Shown one piece after another: positions 12,130 to 23,613 of a DNA stretch of 64,000 nucleotides; within the stretch, counting starts at the first letter, position 1, and each line of letters starts with the position of its first letter. The notes below the pieces were generated by a model. The model searched no databases, was not told the DNA's origin, and was given only the letters and a program-made list of their open reading frames with translations. The position numbers and the translations under genes were made by a program. This DNA is from Occultella glacieicola (lineage in GTDB: Bacteria > Actinomycetota > Actinomycetes > Actinomycetales > Beutenbergiaceae): contig NZ_SMNA01000004.1 of NCBI RefSeq assembly GCF_004353825.1, positions 372,001 through 436,000 on the forward strand, written 5' to 3'.

Positions 12130-13419
12130 TCAGCCGGTGAGCGCCAGGGTCCGCGCCAGCGGCACCCCGGGCCGGTAGGACAGGTGCACGTGTGACGACG
12201 CGTCGAGCACGGTGAGGTCGGCGCGGGCGCCGATCCCCAGGCGCCCGACGTCGTCGCGCCGCAGGGCGAGGGCTCCGCCGGCGGTGGCCGCCCACAACGC
12301 CTCGGCGGGAGTCATATGCATCTCCCGCACGGCGAGCGCGATGCAGAGCGGCATCGAACTGGTGAACGAGGTGCCGGGGTTGCAGTCGGTGGCCAGCGCG
12401 ACCCGCACGCCGGCGTCCAGCAGGGCGCGTGCGTCCGGGTAGGGCGACCCGGTCGAGAACTCGACACCGGGAAGAAGGGTCGCCACGGTGGTCGAGCCGG
12501 CGAGCGCGTCGACGTCCTCGCGGGTCAGGTGCGTGCCATGGTCGACGGCGGCCGCACCGAGTTCTACGCCGAGCCGCACCCCTGGCCCGGGGCCGAGCTG
12601 GCCCGCGTGCACGCGCAGGCCGAGCCCAGCCGCCCGGCCGGCGAGCAGGACTGCCCGCGACTGGTCGCCGTCGAACGCGTGCGGTGAGCCGGGCTCGCAG
12701 AACACGTCGATCCAGCGGGCGTGCGGGGCGCACTCGGCGAGCATCGGGCCCGTGACCAGGTCGACGTAGTCGTCCGCCCGGCCCACGTACTCCGGCGGCA
12801 CCACGTGCGCGCCGAGGAACGTGGTCTCGCCGGTGACCTCCCGGGCCAGGCGCAGCAGTCGGAGCTCGTCGGCGACGGTCAGCCCGTACCCGCTCTTGAT
12901 CTCGATGGTGCCGGTGCCCTGGGCGCGGGCCTCGGCCACGAGAGCGGCCAGTCGCGCTCGCAGCGCTTCCGCGGAAGCGCCCCGGGTCGCCGCCACGGTC
13001 GAGGCGATCCCGCCTCCGTCGTAGCTCTCGCCGGCCATCCGGGCGGCGAACTCCGCGGCGCGGTCACCGGCGAACGCGAGGTGGGTGTGGGAGTCGACGA
13101 ACGAGGGGACCACCGCGCGCCCGCCGACGTCGATCACCCGGTCGGCCGGCGGCGCCGCGGCGGCAAGCCCCACCCAGGTGACCCGATCGTCCGAGGCGGG
13201 GACGCCGTCGGGCACCGCGCGGCGGCCGCGCTGCGCTTCCGCGGAAGCACCAGTGTCGGTCCCCGCTTCCGCGGAAGCGTCCGAGGCGGTCCCCGCTTCC
13301 GCGGAAGCGCCCAGCTCGACCACGATCGCCGCATCGCGGACGATCCCGAGCCGGCCCGCCCCGAGTGCCGGGTCGTTCGTGACCAACTCGGTGATGCCGG
13401 TGACCAGGACCGAGACCAT
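12130..13419 (-). CDS. hutI: Imidazolonepropionase
   Basis: [39 protein letters not shown]; start overlaps hutU stop; carries an Ala-rich insert. Confidence 0.93.
   Translation of the reverse strand: MVSVLVTGITELVTNDPALGAGRLGIVRDAAIVVELGASAEAGTASDASAEAGTDTGASAEAQRGRRAVPDGVPASDDRVTWVGLAAAAPPADRVIDVGGRAVVPSFVDSHTHLAFAGDRAAEFAARMAGESYDGGGIASTVAATRGASAEALRARLAALVAEARAQGTGTIEIKSGYGLTVADELRLLRLAREVTGETTFLGAHVVPPEYVGRADDYVDLVTGPMLAECAPHARWIDVFCEPGSPHAFDGDQSRAVLLAGRAAGLGLRVHAGQLGPGPGVRLGVELGAAAVDHGTHLTREDVDALAGSTTVATLLPGVEFSTGSPYPDARALLDAGVRVALATDCNPGTSFTSSMPLCIALAVREMHMTPAEALWAATAGGALALRRDDVGRLGIGARADLTVLDASSHVHLSYRPGVPLARTLALTG
13235..13308. repeat. Three copies of palindrome GCTTCCGCGGAAGC at 30-bp period inside hutI
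   Basis: Copies at 13235, 13265, 13295; further copies at 9807, 12965 and 55819. Confidence 0.9.
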
Positions 13420-15095
13420 CAGCCCTCCCGCATCGGAACCCGCACGCCCCGCTCGGCGGCGACCGCCTCGGCGCGCGGGTAGCCGGCGTCGACGTGCCGG
13501 ATCACGCCCATCGCCGGATCGTTGGACAGCACCCGCGACAGTTTCTGGGCGGCGAGCTCGGTGCCGTCGGCCACGCACACCTGCCCGGCGTGGATCGAGC
13601 GCCCGATGCCGACCCCGCCGCCGTGGTGGATCGACACCCAGGTCGCGCCCGACGCGGTGTTCACGAGCGCGTTCAGCAGCGGCCAGTCGGCGATGGCGTC
13701 GGAACCGTCGGCCATCGCCTCCGTCTCCCGGAAGGGGGAGGCCACGGAGCCCGCGTCCAGGTGGTCGCGTCCGATCACGATCGGGGCGGAGATCTCCCCG
13801 GAGGCGACCAGCTCGTTGAACCGCAGGCCGGCCAGGTGCCGCTCGCCGTGGCCGAGCCAGCAGATCCGGGCCGGCAGACCCTGGAACTCGACCCGCTCCT
13901 GCGCGGCCCGGATCCAGCGGTGCAGCTTCGCGTCGGCGGGGAACAGCTTGAGCACGGCGCGGTCGGTCGCGGCGATGTCCGCCGGGTCCCCGGACAGGGC
14001 CGCCCACCGGAACGGGCCCTTGCCCTCGCAGAACAGTGGGCGGATGTAGGCGGGCACGAATCCGGGGATTTCAAAGGCCCTGCACGCCCGCGCCTTTTCT
14101 GCCTCGGCCCGGATGGAGTTGCCGTAGTCGAACACCTCGGCGCCGGCGTCGGCGAACCCCACCATCGCGCCGACGTGCTGGGCCATCGATTCCCGTGCCC
14201 GCGCGGTGAACTCCTCCGGCTTCGCCTCCGCGTAGTCGTGCCACTCCTCCAGCGAGACCCCCTCGGGCAGGTAGGACAACGGGTCGTGGGCGGACGTCTG
14301 GTCGGTGACGATGTCGATCGCGACGCCGCGTCGCAGCAGTTCGCCGAACACGGTCGCGGCGTTCCCGACGACGCCCACGCTGAGCGGCCGCCGCTCCCGT
14401 CTCGCGGTCTCACAGCGCCCGACCGCGTCGGTCAGGTTCTCCGCGAGCTCGTCGAGGTAGCGGTGGTCGAGTCGGCGACGCAGCCGCGACTCGTCGACGT
14501 CGACGATGAGGCAGACGCCTCCGTTCAGGGTGACCGCAAGTGGCTGGGCGCCGCCCATCCCACCGCACCCCGCGGTCAGGGTGAGCGTCCCGGCCAGGCT
14601 CGCCCCGCCGTCGGGCACGGTCTTGCCGGCGAGTTTCGCGGCGACGGCGGCGAACGTCTCGTACGTACCCTGCAGGATGCCCTGGGTGCCGATGTAGATC
14701 CAGGATCCGGCGGTCATCTGCCCATACATGGTTAGGCCGAGGTGCTCGAGGCGGCGGAACTGCGGCCAGGTCGCCCAGTCCGGCACCAGGTTGGAGTTGG
14801 CGATCAGCACCCGCGGCGCCCACTCGTGGGTGGGCAGCACCCCGACCGGCCGGCCGGACTGGACGAGCAGGGTCTCGTCGTCGGCGAGGGTGGTCAGGGT
14901 GCGCACGATCGCGTCGTAGCTGGCCCAGTCCCGCGCGGCGCGGCCGGTGCCGCCGTAGACGACGAGGTCGTCCGGGCGCTCGGCGACGTCCGGGTCGAGG
15001 TTGTTCATCAGCATCCGCAGCGGCGCCTCGGTCTGCCAGCTGCGTGCGGTCAGGGTGGTGCCGCGCGGGGCGCGGACCTCGCGTGCTCCGTCCAT
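13419..15095 (-). CDS. hutU: Urocanate hydratase
   Basis: [70 protein letters not shown]. Confidence 0.97.
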   Translation of the reverse strand: MDGAREVRAPRGTTLTARSWQTEAPLRMLMNNLDPDVAERPDDLVVYGGTGRAARDWASYDAIVRTLTTLADDETLLVQSGRPVGVLPTHEWAPRVLIANSNLVPDWATWPQFRRLEHLGLTMYGQMTAGSWIYIGTQGILQGTYETFAAVAAKLAGKTVPDGGASLAGTLTLTAGCGGMGGAQPLAVTLNGGVCLIVDVDESRLRRRLDHRYLDELAENLTDAVGRCETARRERRPLSVGVVGNAATVFGELLRRGVAIDIVTDQTSAHDPLSYLPEGVSLEEWHDYAEAKPEEFTARARESMAQHVGAMVGFADAGAEVFDYGNSIRAEAEKARACRAFEIPGFVPAYIRPLFCEGKGPFRWAALSGDPADIAATDRAVLKLFPADAKLHRWIRAAQERVEFQGLPARICWLGHGERHLAGLRFNELVASGEISAPIVIGRDHLDAGSVASPFRETEAMADGSDAIADWPLLNALVNTASGATWVSIHHGGGVGIGRSIHAGQVCVADGTELAAQKLSRVLSNDPAMGVIRHVDAGYPRAEAVAAERGVRVPMREG

Positions 15096-15193
15096 CCGGG
15101 CCTCCTCGCCGACGGTGTGCGCTGCTCGAGCCAACGCCTGGGTCCATCTCACCCCGGCGTGGGGATGGGCCCAAGGGGTGGCGGGGGCGGGGT

Positions 15194-15209
15194 GTCTGCG
15201 ATCCCAGAC
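15194..15209. promoter_or_regulatory. Putative HutR (IclR-family) operator upstream of hutU
   Basis: GTCTGCGATCCCAGAC, imperfect palindrome resembling the Corynebacterium HutR motif TCTGwwATwCCAGA. Confidence 0.7.
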
Positions 15210-15337
15210 GCCCTTTCGACCCGCGCGATCGGACGGACGCGAACTGGTCCCAGGCGCGCTCCGGGGCTGCGGTAACTTGTGATCGCGTCCGACTGTTGCC
15301 GGGCTCCGGAGCGTCTGTGCGATCGTCGGAGGCAACC

Positions 15338-17050
15338 GTGAGTAGAGAGATGCGGGACGTCCCCGGAGGCCTGTTGCCGATCGCCGGTTGGCTGCCCCGG
15401 TATGAGCGGCCCTGGCTGCGCGCAGACGTGATCGCGGGAATCGCGGTCGCCGCGATGATCGTGCCCAAGAACCTGGGCTATGCCGATATTGCCGGGGTGC
15501 CGGTTCAGAACGGACTGTATGCCGCGGCGGCCGGTGCGATCGTCTACGCGCTGTTCTGTACGTCTCGCCATATCTCGACCGGTCCGAGCTCGTCCCTCGC
15601 CACCGTCGCGGGTGGCGCGGTGGTCGTGACCGCCGTCACCGGTGACGACGCGGCCCAGCTCGTGGCAGCGATCACCTTGGTGACCGGCGTGCTGTTCCTG
15701 CTGCTGGCCGTCCTTCGGATGGGATGGATCGCCCAGTTCCTTTCGAGAGCCGTGGTCACCGGGTTCCTGGCCGGAGCCGCCGTCGACGTGGTCGTCGGTG
15801 AGCTGCCCAAGCTCACGGGCACGTCCGGGGACGGAGACAACGTGTGGCGCGAGTTCGCGTCGTGGATCGGCGGCCTCGGCGCCATCCATCTGCCGACGCT
15901 GGTGGTGGGCGTCGTCGCGCTCGCCGTGATTCTCGCGCTCCGGTTCTGGGCGCCGAAGGTTCCGGGCGCGCTGACGCTCGTGGTCGGCGGCCTGCTCGCC
16001 TCGTACCTGTTCGATCTGGGTGGACGGGACGTGGCACTTGTCGGTCCGGTGCCGACCGGGCTGCCGGTCCCGCAACTGCCGAGCCTCGACCTGGCCCTGC
16101 AACACGCTCCCGAGATCCTGATCGCGGCCTCGGCCCTCCTGCTGATCGGGTTCTCGCAGACGGCCGGCGACGCCCGGGCCTTCGCGACCCGGCACCGCTA
16201 CCGCATCGACGAGAACCAGGAGGCGGTCGCCCAGGGGATGGCGAACGTCGGGGCCGGTCTGGTCCAGGGAATGCCGGTGTCGACCAGCTTGTCGGCGAGC
16301 TCGCTCAACGAGTCGGCTGGTGCGCGGACACCGGTGGCGTCGCTCACCACAGGAGCGCTGGTGATCCTGACGCTGCTCCTGCTCGCGCCGTTGTTCTCCG
16401 AGCTGCCGAAAGCCGTGCTGGGGGCGATCATCATCGATGCCGTCGTGTTCGGGATGATCAACCTGAAGGAGTTCGCTCGGATGCTGCGCGTGTCGAGATT
16501 CGACTTCTGGATCGCCGTGGCGGCCGTCGTGGGCGTGCTCTCCGTGGGCGTCCTGTTCGGGATCGTGATCGGGGTCGCGCTCTCGCTCGGCTGGCTCGTC
16601 TACGTCTCGACGCGGCCCGCGATGCCGGCCCTGGGCCGCGAGCCCGGGACCCAGGTCTTCCGCGACCTCGACCTCAACCCCGCTGACGAGACGTTCCCGG
16701 GCATCGGCGTGATACGTCTTGACGGCGGCCTGTTCTTCGCCACGGCCGAGGCGTTCGACGAGCGCATCCGCGGACTCCTCACGGGTGATCAGCCTCTCAC
16801 GGCGCTGGTGCTTGATCTCGAGGGCGTCGGCTTCATCGACTCCCAGGGTGCGGCGAAGGTCACGGAGATCCGCGACCTGACCGAAGCGGAGGGCGTCACG
16901 CTGCGGCTCGCCCGGGTGAAGCCCCACGTCCTGAACGTACTCAGAGCCCAGGGCGTCCTCGACCGTGTCGGCGCCGACCACGTCCACGGGAACGTCCATC
17001 GCGCCGTCGAGGCCCAGCTGGCTGAGAGCACGGACCACGAGGCGCAGTGA
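15338..17050 (+). CDS. SulP-family anion transporter with STAS domain
   Basis: [33 protein letters not shown], multiple TM helices, STAS ([14 protein letters not shown]); SD GGAGG before GTG 15338. Confidence 0.92.
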   Translation: MSREMRDVPGGLLPIAGWLPRYERPWLRADVIAGIAVAAMIVPKNLGYADIAGVPVQNGLYAAAAGAIVYALFCTSRHISTGPSSSLATVAGGAVVVTAVTGDDAAQLVAAITLVTGVLFLLLAVLRMGWIAQFLSRAVVTGFLAGAAVDVVVGELPKLTGTSGDGDNVWREFASWIGGLGAIHLPTLVVGVVALAVILALRFWAPKVPGALTLVVGGLLASYLFDLGGRDVALVGPVPTGLPVPQLPSLDLALQHAPEILIAASALLLIGFSQTAGDARAFATRHRYRIDENQEAVAQGMANVGAGLVQGMPVSTSLSASSLNESAGARTPVASLTTGALVILTLLLLAPLFSELPKAVLGAIIIDAVVFGMINLKEFARMLRVSRFDFWIAVAAVVGVLSVGVLFGIVIGVALSLGWLVYVSTRPAMPALGREPGTQVFRDLDLNPADETFPGIGVIRLDGGLFFATAEAFDERIRGLLTGDQPLTALVLDLEGVGFIDSQGAAKVTEIRDLTEAEGVTLRLARVKPHVLNVLRAQGVLDRVGADHVHGNVHRAVEAQLAESTDHEAQ

Positions 17051-17178
17051 CCAGGAACCCGGACGGGTCCGCTCTTCCGGGTGTGGCCGGGTCGGGATCG
17101 TGACACGCCAGCGCGTGTCACAGCTGGACAGGTCCGCACGCTGAGCGCGGCGAGGCCCGCGGGGGCAGCCCGCCACCC

Positions 17179-18729
17179 CTACAGCAGCGGCCCCGTCACC
17201 GCCTCGGCCGCGGCCACCACCGCGCCGTCGGCCACGGCCGCGGTGACCGCGGCGATCTGCGGCGCCACCGGCTCATCCGGGCCCGGCCTGCCCACTCCGG
17301 CGGCCCGCAAGGCGTCCCGCACGGCCGCCGTCGCCGGCCCGGGCTCGAGCGGTGCGCGCAGGTCCAGCCCGCGCGCGGCGGTGAGCAACTCGATCGCGAC
17401 GACCGACCGGAGGCCGGCGACGGCGCGGCGCAGCTTGCGCGCGGCTGCCCACCCCATCGAGACGTGGTCCTCCTGCATCGCCGAGCTCGGGATCGAGTCC
17501 ACGCTCGCCGGGAGCGCGAGCCGCTTGAGCTCGGAGACGATCCCGGCCGCGGTGTACTGGGCGATCATCAGCCCGGAGTCCACGCCCGGGTCGTCGGCGA
17601 GGAACGGCGGCAGCCCGTTGCTGCGGTTGCGGTCGAGGAACCGGTCGGTGCGCCGCTCGCTCATCGATGCCACGTCCGCGACCGCGATCGCGAGGAAGTC
17701 GGCGACGTAGCCGATCGGGGCGCCGTGGAAGTTGCCGTTCGACTCCACCCGCCCGTCGGGCGTCACCACGGGATTGTCGACGGCGGAGGCGAGCTCCCGT
17801 TCGGCGGTCGCGTTCGCGTGGGCGAGGGTGTCGCGGGCTGCGCCGTGCACCTGCGGCGCACAGCGCAGCGAGTAGGCGTCCTGCACGCGGGTGCACGCCG
17901 CCGGGTCCCGGTGGCTGTCCATGATCGGGCTGCCGACGAGCAGGGCGCGCAGGTTCGCGGCCGAGTCGGCCTGTCCCGGGTGCGGACGCAGCGCCTGCAG
18001 TTCCGCCGCGAACGCGGCGTCGGTGCCGAGCAGCGCCTCGACGCTCATCGCGGCGGCGACGTCCGCCGTCCGCAGGAGCAGCGCGAGGTCGTGCGCGGCG
18101 AGCACGAGCATGCCGAGCATCCCGTCGGTGCCGTTGATCAGCGCGAGCCCCTCCTTCTCGGCGAGCTCGACCGGGGCGAGCCCGGCCCGGGCGAGCGCCT
18201 CGCCCGCGGGCGCCGCCACGCCGTCGGGCATGCGCACCAAGCCCTCCCCGATCAGGGCGAGCGCCACGTGCGCGAGCGGTGCGAGGTCTCCCGAGCAGCC
18301 GAGCGAGCCGTACTCGTGGACCACCGGGGTCAGGCCCGCCGAGAGCATCGCGGCGTAGGCGAGGGCGGTCTCGCGGCGCACCCCGGTGCGGCCGGTGGCG
18401 AGGGTGGACAGCCGCAGCAGCATCAGCGCGCGGACCACCTCACGCTCCACCTCGGGTCCGGCGCCGGCGGCGTGCGAGCGGACCAGGCTGCGCTGCAGCT
18501 GGGCGCGGCGCTCGGGCGGGATGTGCGTGGTGGCGAGCGCGCCGAAGCCGGTGGAGACACCGTAGTGCGGCTGGGCGTCGTCGGCGAGGGCCTCGATCAC
18601 GGCGCGGCTGGCGTCGATGGCGGCCAGGGCGTCGGGGCTGAGCTCCACGCGGGCGCCACCGCGGGCCACGGCGACCACCTGCTCCTGGCTGAGCGGTCCG
18701 GGACCGACCTCGACGACATCGATGTCCAT
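17179..18729 (-). CDS. hutH: Histidine ammonia-lyase
   Basis: YGVSTGFG, GSLGCSGDLAPLAH (Cys-Ser-Gly MIO variant), KEGLALINGT, QDAYSLRC, QEDHVSMG. Confidence 0.96.
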   Translation of the reverse strand: MDIDVVEVGPGPLSQEQVVAVARGGARVELSPDALAAIDASRAVIEALADDAQPHYGVSTGFGALATTHIPPERRAQLQRSLVRSHAAGAGPEVEREVVRALMLLRLSTLATGRTGVRRETALAYAAMLSAGLTPVVHEYGSLGCSGDLAPLAHVALALIGEGLVRMPDGVAAPAGEALARAGLAPVELAEKEGLALINGTDGMLGMLVLAAHDLALLLRTADVAAAMSVEALLGTDAAFAAELQALRPHPGQADSAANLRALLVGSPIMDSHRDPAACTRVQDAYSLRCAPQVHGAARDTLAHANATAERELASAVDNPVVTPDGRVESNGNFHGAPIGYVADFLAIAVADVASMSERRTDRFLDRNRSNGLPPFLADDPGVDSGLMIAQYTAAGIVSELKRLALPASVDSIPSSAMQEDHVSMGWAAARKLRRAVAGLRSVVAIELLTAARGLDLRAPLEPGPATAAVRDALRAAGVGRPGPDEPVAPQIAAVTAAVADGAVVAAAEAVTGPLL

Positions 18730-18783
18730 GTCGCCATCCCACTGCGCGGACGCCCACAAACCCAGGGCCGAGCGACGCATGTC

Positions 18784-18799
18784 GTCTGGGATGACAGAC
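18784..18799. promoter_or_regulatory. Putative HutR operator upstream of hutH
   Basis: GTCTGGGATGACAGAC, same motif as 15194. Confidence 0.7.
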
Positions 18800-18856
18800 G
18801 CCTACCGTCGATGCCCGAACCCGGCCCCTCCGGGTGATCGACCCCGAAAGGCCAGC

Positions 18857-19452
18857 ATGCGCAGACTCCACTACTTCATCGCCATCACCCTCGACGGCTT
18901 TCGCGGGGCCGGACGGCGCCGACCCGACCGGCCCGAACGGGTTCTGGCCCATCGCGCCGGACTACCTGGAGCACTTCGTGGCCGAGTAGCCGCCAGGCGC
19001 TGCCCGTGCAGGCGCGGGAGGCGCTGTCCGTCACGGCCGAGGGCACCCGTTTCGACACCGTGCTCGAGGGGCGGCGCAGCTACGAGATCGGGCTCGCGGC
19101 CGGGATCCCGGACGCCTTCCCGCACCTGCGCCACCTGGTGTTCTCCCGGACCCTGACCGAGACTCCCGCCGCGGCGGTCGAGCTGGTCGCGGACTATCCC
19201 GTGGCCACGGTGCGCGAACTCAAGCAGCAGCCGGGCAAGGACATCTGGCTGCTGGGCGGCGCCGAGCTGGCCGGGTCGCTGTACGGCGAGATCGACGTCC
19301 TCACGCTCAAGGTCGCGCCGCTGACCATCGGCACCGGCATCCCGCTCTTCTCCGACAGGGCGGCCTTCGATCCCCGCACCTGGACGCTGGCACGCCACAC
19401 CGTGCCGGACAGTGGGGCGATGTTCTTGAGCTATGAGCGCACCGGCGGCTAG
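18857..19452 (+). pseudogene. RibD C-terminal/dihydrofolate reductase family pseudogene
   Basis: MRRLHYFIAITLDGF, frameshift near 18900, in-frame TAG 18987-18989 and a second shift; C-half intact (FDTVLEGRRSY, DIWLLGGAELA, IGTGIPLF). Confidence 0.85.
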
Positions 19453-19496
19453 GGCGCACTCACCGGTATGTCGCCGCCGCGTGTCAGGATTCCCAG

Positions 19497-20441
19497 ATGT
19501 CCTCCCGAGCGGATCCGGTCGATCCAGCCTTACTGGCCGAATGGTGTATCGAGCAGCTGGGTAGCCCGCCCGTGGCTGAGATCTTCAGGTCCGGGCACCT
19601 GTCCGCAGTCATCGGGCTGCGGCTCGCCGACGGCCGCGAGGTCGTGGTCAAGATCCGTCCGGCCTCGCCGCGGCTGGCAGCCTGCGTCGAGATCCAGCGA
19701 CGCGCGTTCCGGGCCGGCTATCCCTGCCCGCAGCCGCTCACCGGCGTCGCCGTGTTCGGCGAGGGCGTCGCGACCGCGGAGGCCTACATTCCCGGCGGTG
19801 ACCGGCTCCCGGGTGCGGATCACGCAGCCGTGGCCTTTGCCGAAGCGTTCGCGTGGCTGGTGCGGCTCGCCCCTCGGCCGGCCGAGGTGTCCACGCTCGA
19901 GCCGCCACCGTCGTGGGCGGCCTGGAACCACGCCGGAGGCGGCCTGTGGCCGCGTCCGGAGGGGCCCGACGTCAACCTCAACGAGGTGGCCGCCGGCGCG
20001 GAGTGGATCGACGATGCCGGGCGCCGGGCCCGCGAAAGGCTGCGAGCCGGCCAGGCTGAAGCCGTGATCGGTCACTGCGACTGGCTGGCCGGCAACCTGC
20101 GTTGGCGTGGTGACGCGCTGCTGGTGGTACACGACTGGGACAGCATGATCGTCGACAGCGAAGCCGTCCTCGTCGGCCTGGCCGCCGCGCTGTACTCGAC
20201 CGTCAACGAGGACACGTTGGCAACCGTCGAGGACACGGCACGATTCCTCGTCGCGTATTGCCGTGCACGTGGTCGGGAGTTCAGCGCCGACGAACTCGAA
20301 CGGTCGTGGGCGGCCGGTGTCTGGTCCAGGGCCTATGACGCCAAGTACCAGCACACGGTCGGGCAGCCGGTCACCTCGCTCAGCGAGAGCGAGGCCCGTG
20401 AGCGCCTCCGTCGTGCGGGTACCGACTCGCAGCGGCGCTAG
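19497..20441 (+). CDS. Aminoglycoside phosphotransferase (APH)-family kinase
   Basis: VVVKIR, HCDWLAGNL (HxDxxxxN), VHDWD. Confidence 0.8.
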   Translation: MSSRADPVDPALLAEWCIEQLGSPPVAEIFRSGHLSAVIGLRLADGREVVVKIRPASPRLAACVEIQRRAFRAGYPCPQPLTGVAVFGEGVATAEAYIPGGDRLPGADHAAVAFAEAFAWLVRLAPRPAEVSTLEPPPSWAAWNHAGGGLWPRPEGPDVNLNEVAAGAEWIDDAGRRARERLRAGQAEAVIGHCDWLAGNLRWRGDALLVVHDWDSMIVDSEAVLVGLAAALYSTVNEDTLATVEDTARFLVAYCRARGREFSADELERSWAAGVWSRAYDAKYQHTVGQPVTSLSESEARERLRRAGTDSQRR

Positions 20442-20542
20442 CCGGGCCCGCTACGGCATGGACCGGGCGAACTGGTCCGTCGGGCTCGTGCCTGCCATCC
20501 TGTCCCGTATCGCAGACACGGTGGTCGGCGGCAGGAGACGCG

Positions 20543-21364
20543 GTGGTCACGAGCAGTTCGGTGCCGGCGGCCTCGCACGCGCTCGCGATCCTGCGCTACC
20601 TCGCCGCACAGGCCGGCCCGGTACCCGCCGCCGCGATCGCCCGCGATCTCGGCCTGCCCCGCTCGAGCGTCTATCACCTGCTCGCGGTGCTGGTGGAGGA
20701 TGGGTTCGCGGTGCACCTGCCGGAGGAGCGCCGGTACGGGCTCGGCGTGTCCGCGTTCGAGCTCGGCTCCGCGTACTCGCGGCAGGCGCCGCTGGCCCGG
20801 CTGGCCCGGCCGGTGCTCGCCCGGCTCGTGGACACCGTGCACGAGTCCGCCCACCTGGCCGTGCTGCACGGGCGGGAGGTGCTCTACGTGGTGGAGGAGC
20901 GGGCCCGGGGGCGGCCGCCGCTGGTCAGCGACGTCGGCGTGCGGCTGCCCGCCCAGCTGACCGCGAGCGGCCGCGCCATCCTCGCCGACCTGCCCCGCGC
21001 CCACGTGCGCGCCCTGTTCCCGGGGGCCGACGCGTTCGTGGACCGGCACGGCGCGGGGCCGCGGACGCCGTCCGCGCTGCGCTCCCTGCTGGTGCAGGTG
21101 CGCCGCGACGGGTACGCCACCGAGCACGGCGAGGTGACGCCCGGCTTCGCGTCCGTGGCCGTGGCGGTCCACGACCACACCGGTCACCCGGTCGCGGGCC
21201 TCGCCATCACGTTCCCCACCGAGGCGTCGGAGCCCGACGGCGCGGCCCGGGCCGCGTACGCCGGCGCCGCCGAGCGGGCCGCTGCCACGCTGCGCGAGCG
21301 CATCGGTGGACGAAGTCCTGAGGATAGTGTCCGATCGGGGCGGAGCCGTTCGTCGTACGGGTGA
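20543..21364 (+). CDS. hutR: IclR-family regulator, probable hut regulator
   Basis: HTH LGLPRSSVYHLL, LPAQLTASGRAIL, GYATEHGEVTPG; motif copy GTCCCGTATCGCAGAC at 20502-20517 upstream; symbol is inferred from context. Confidence 0.8.
   Translation: MVTSSSVPAASHALAILRYLAAQAGPVPAAAIARDLGLPRSSVYHLLAVLVEDGFAVHLPEERRYGLGVSAFELGSAYSRQAPLARLARPVLARLVDTVHESAHLAVLHGREVLYVVEERARGRPPLVSDVGVRLPAQLTASGRAILADLPRAHVRALFPGADAFVDRHGAGPRTPSALRSLLVQVRRDGYATEHGEVTPGFASVAVAVHDHTGHPVAGLAITFPTEASEPDGAARAAYAGAAERAAATLRERIGGRSPEDSVRSGRSRSSYG
21328..21354 (+). promoter_or_regulatory. Possible ECF42-type promoter (TGTCCG...CGTC)
   Basis: Resembles the reported ECF42 consensus (TGTCGA / CGTC) and precedes the DHFR-YciI-sigma operon. 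Confidence 0.35.
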
Positions 21365-21406
21365 GGGCGTCCACGAGGGGCGCCCGGACCGAAGGGAGTC
21401 GCGATC

Positions 21407-22012
21407 ATGAGACTGGTGACCAACACGCAGGTCTCGGTCGATGGAGTGATGCAGGCGAATGGTGGCCCGAACGCCGACCTCGACCCAGGGATGGAGCGCG
21501 GCGGATGGGCCAGACCGCTGTTCGACGATCAGGCCATGGCCTATGTCAACGAGGTCTACCAGCGTGCTGACGCGTTCCTGTTCGGTCGGCGCACCTACGG
21601 CCTGTTCGCCGGCTACTGGGGAGCGATGGCTCACGGTAGCGGCCCCATCGCCGATGCCCTGAACACGCGGCCCAAGTACGTCGCGTCGAACACGCTGACC
21701 GAGGCTGGATGGGCGGACACGACCGTTCTCGGCGGGGACCTGACCGCGGCGATCGGTGAGTTGAAGGCTAGGCCGGGCGGCGAACTGCAGGTGCACGGTA
21801 GCGGGCACCTGGTCCGATGGCTGCTCGCGAACCAGTTGGTCGACGAACTCACGCTGCTCGTCTGCCCGGTGGTGGTCGGGCAGGGCGCGCGGCTGTTTCC
21901 CGACCGCGGACCCGACGCGGCGCTCGACCTGGTCGCCTCGCGTGCCTTCCCACGCGGCATCACGATGCAGGTCTACCGGCCCGCCGGACCACCGCAGTAC
22001 GCCACCGACTGA
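21407..22012 (+). CDS. RibD C-terminal/dihydrofolate reductase family protein
   Basis: VSVDGVMQ, FLFGRRTY, ELQVHGSG, VVGQGARLF. Confidence 0.9.
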   Translation: MRLVTNTQVSVDGVMQANGGPNADLDPGMERGGWARPLFDDQAMAYVNEVYQRADAFLFGRRTYGLFAGYWGAMAHGSGPIADALNTRPKYVASNTLTEAGWADTTVLGGDLTAAIGELKARPGGELQVHGSGHLVRWLLANQLVDELTLLVCPVVVGQGARLFPDRGPDAALDLVASRAFPRGITMQVYRPAGPPQYATD

Positions 22013-22030
22013 GAACCCGGAGGAGATGAC

Positions 22031-22360
22031 ATGCAGTACCTGGTTTCCGTGATCGATGACACGGCCGGCCTCGCCACCGATGAGGAGATGGCTGCGATCG
22101 ACGCGTTCAACGACACCCTGCGAGCGGGTGGGCACTGGGTCTTCGCCGGCGGGCTCGCCGCGCCGACCTCGGCCACCGTCATCGATAACCGCGGCGAGCA
22201 GGCGATCGTCTCCGACGGGCCGTTCGTGGAGTCCAAGGAGCACCTCGCCGGCCTGTGGATCTGGGAGGCCTCCGATCTCGACGTGGCGCTCAAGCTTGCG
22301 GAGGAGGGTTCGAAGGCCTGCAACCGTAGGCTCGAGGTCCGGCCGTTCCTGTCCGAGTGA
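22031..22360 (+). CDS. YciI/DGPF-family protein
   Basis: VFAGGL, DGPFVESKEHLAGLW, LEVRPF. Confidence 0.9.
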   Translation: MQYLVSVIDDTAGLATDEEMAAIDAFNDTLRAGGHWVFAGGLAAPTSATVIDNRGEQAIVSDGPFVESKEHLAGLWIWEASDLDVALKLAEEGSKACNRRLEVRPFLSE

Positions 22361-23604
22361 CCACGACCGATCCCCGCGAGGCAGTCACCCGGGCCCACCG
22401 CGAGGAGTGGGCCCGGGTGGTCGCCTCGCTGAGCCGGAGGTTCGGTGATCTCGACATTGCCGAGGACGCCGCCGCCGAGGCGTTCGCGACAGCGGTCGAG
22501 CGGTGGCCCACCGACGGCGTGCCAGCGAACCCCGGGGCCTGGCTGACCACGACCGCGGGCAACAGGGCGATCGACCGGATCCGCCGCGAGCGCAAGCGAG
22601 AGCACAAGCACTGGGAGGCGCAGGTGCTGAGCGACCCACCCGGATCCGGTGCCCCGGCCGGTGCCATCGATGACGACCGGCTCCGGCTGATCTTCACCTG
22701 TTGCCACCCGGCGCTGTCGATGGAGGCCAGGGTGGCGCTGACGCTGCGCCTGGTCGGCGGGCTGACCATGGCCGAGATCGCTCGCGCGTTCCTGGTTCGG
22801 GAGGACGCCATGACGCGCCGTCTCACCCGGGCGAAGACCAAGATCAAGCAGGCGAGGATCCCCTACCGGGTGCCGGACGCCGAGGACCTCCCGGCTCGGG
22901 TGACCAGCGTGCTCGCCGTGCTCTTCCTCGTCTTCAACGAGGGCTACCTGGCGAGCGGCCCGGACACCGGCCCGATCCGGCTGGACCTGACCGCCGAGGC
23001 GATCCGGCTCACCCGGCTGACACGAGGGTTGTTGCCCACGGACGGCGAGGTGGCCGGGCTGCTTGCGCTGATGCTGCTCACCGAGGCTCGCCGCCCGGCC
23101 CGGATCTCTGCCGCCGGTGATCTCCTGATGCTCGACGAGCAGGACCGGACCGCCTGGGACGTCGCCCTGATCGCCGAGGGTCACGCGCTCGTGCGTGAGC
23201 GGCTCGTCACCGGACTGGCTCCCGGGCGCTACCAGCTCCTCGCCGCGATCAACGCGGTGCACACCTCGGCCCGCACGATGGGCGAGACGGACTGGTCCCA
23301 GATCGTCGCTCTCTACGACCAGCTCGTGCGCATCGACACCTCACCGGTCGTCGCCCTGAACCGTGCCATCGCGATCGCCGAGGTGGCGGGACCGGACGTC
23401 GCGCTGGCGTTGGTCGACCGGCTCGAGAATCCGTTGGTCGGGTACCAGCCCTATCAGGCGACCCGGGCCGACCTGTTGCGCCGCCTGGGTCGCGGCCGGG
23501 AGGCGGACACTGCCTACGGCCTCGCGCTCGATCTGGCCGCGAGTCCTGCTGAGGCTGCGGCCCTGACCCGACGGCGCCGGTTGGGGCGGCCGCCCGGTGC
23601 GTAG
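22357..23604 (+). CDS. ECF sigma factor with C-terminal TPR extension (ECF42 type)
   Basis: AEDAAAEAF, DDRLRLIFTCCHPAL, LVFNEGY, PGRYQLLAAINAVH; coupled to the DGPF gene. Confidence 0.9.
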   Translation: MTTTDPREAVTRAHREEWARVVASLSRRFGDLDIAEDAAAEAFATAVERWPTDGVPANPGAWLTTTAGNRAIDRIRRERKREHKHWEAQVLSDPPGSGAPAGAIDDDRLRLIFTCCHPALSMEARVALTLRLVGGLTMAEIARAFLVREDAMTRRLTRAKTKIKQARIPYRVPDAEDLPARVTSVLAVLFLVFNEGYLASGPDTGPIRLDLTAEAIRLTRLTRGLLPTDGEVAGLLALMLLTEARRPARISAAGDLLMLDEQDRTAWDVALIAEGHALVRERLVTGLAPGRYQLLAAINAVHTSARTMGETDWSQIVALYDQLVRIDTSPVVALNRAIAIAEVAGPDVALALVDRLENPLVGYQPYQATRADLLRRLGRGREADTAYGLALDLAASPAEAAALTRRRRLGRPPGA

Positions 23605-23613
23605 ACTCGGGCA

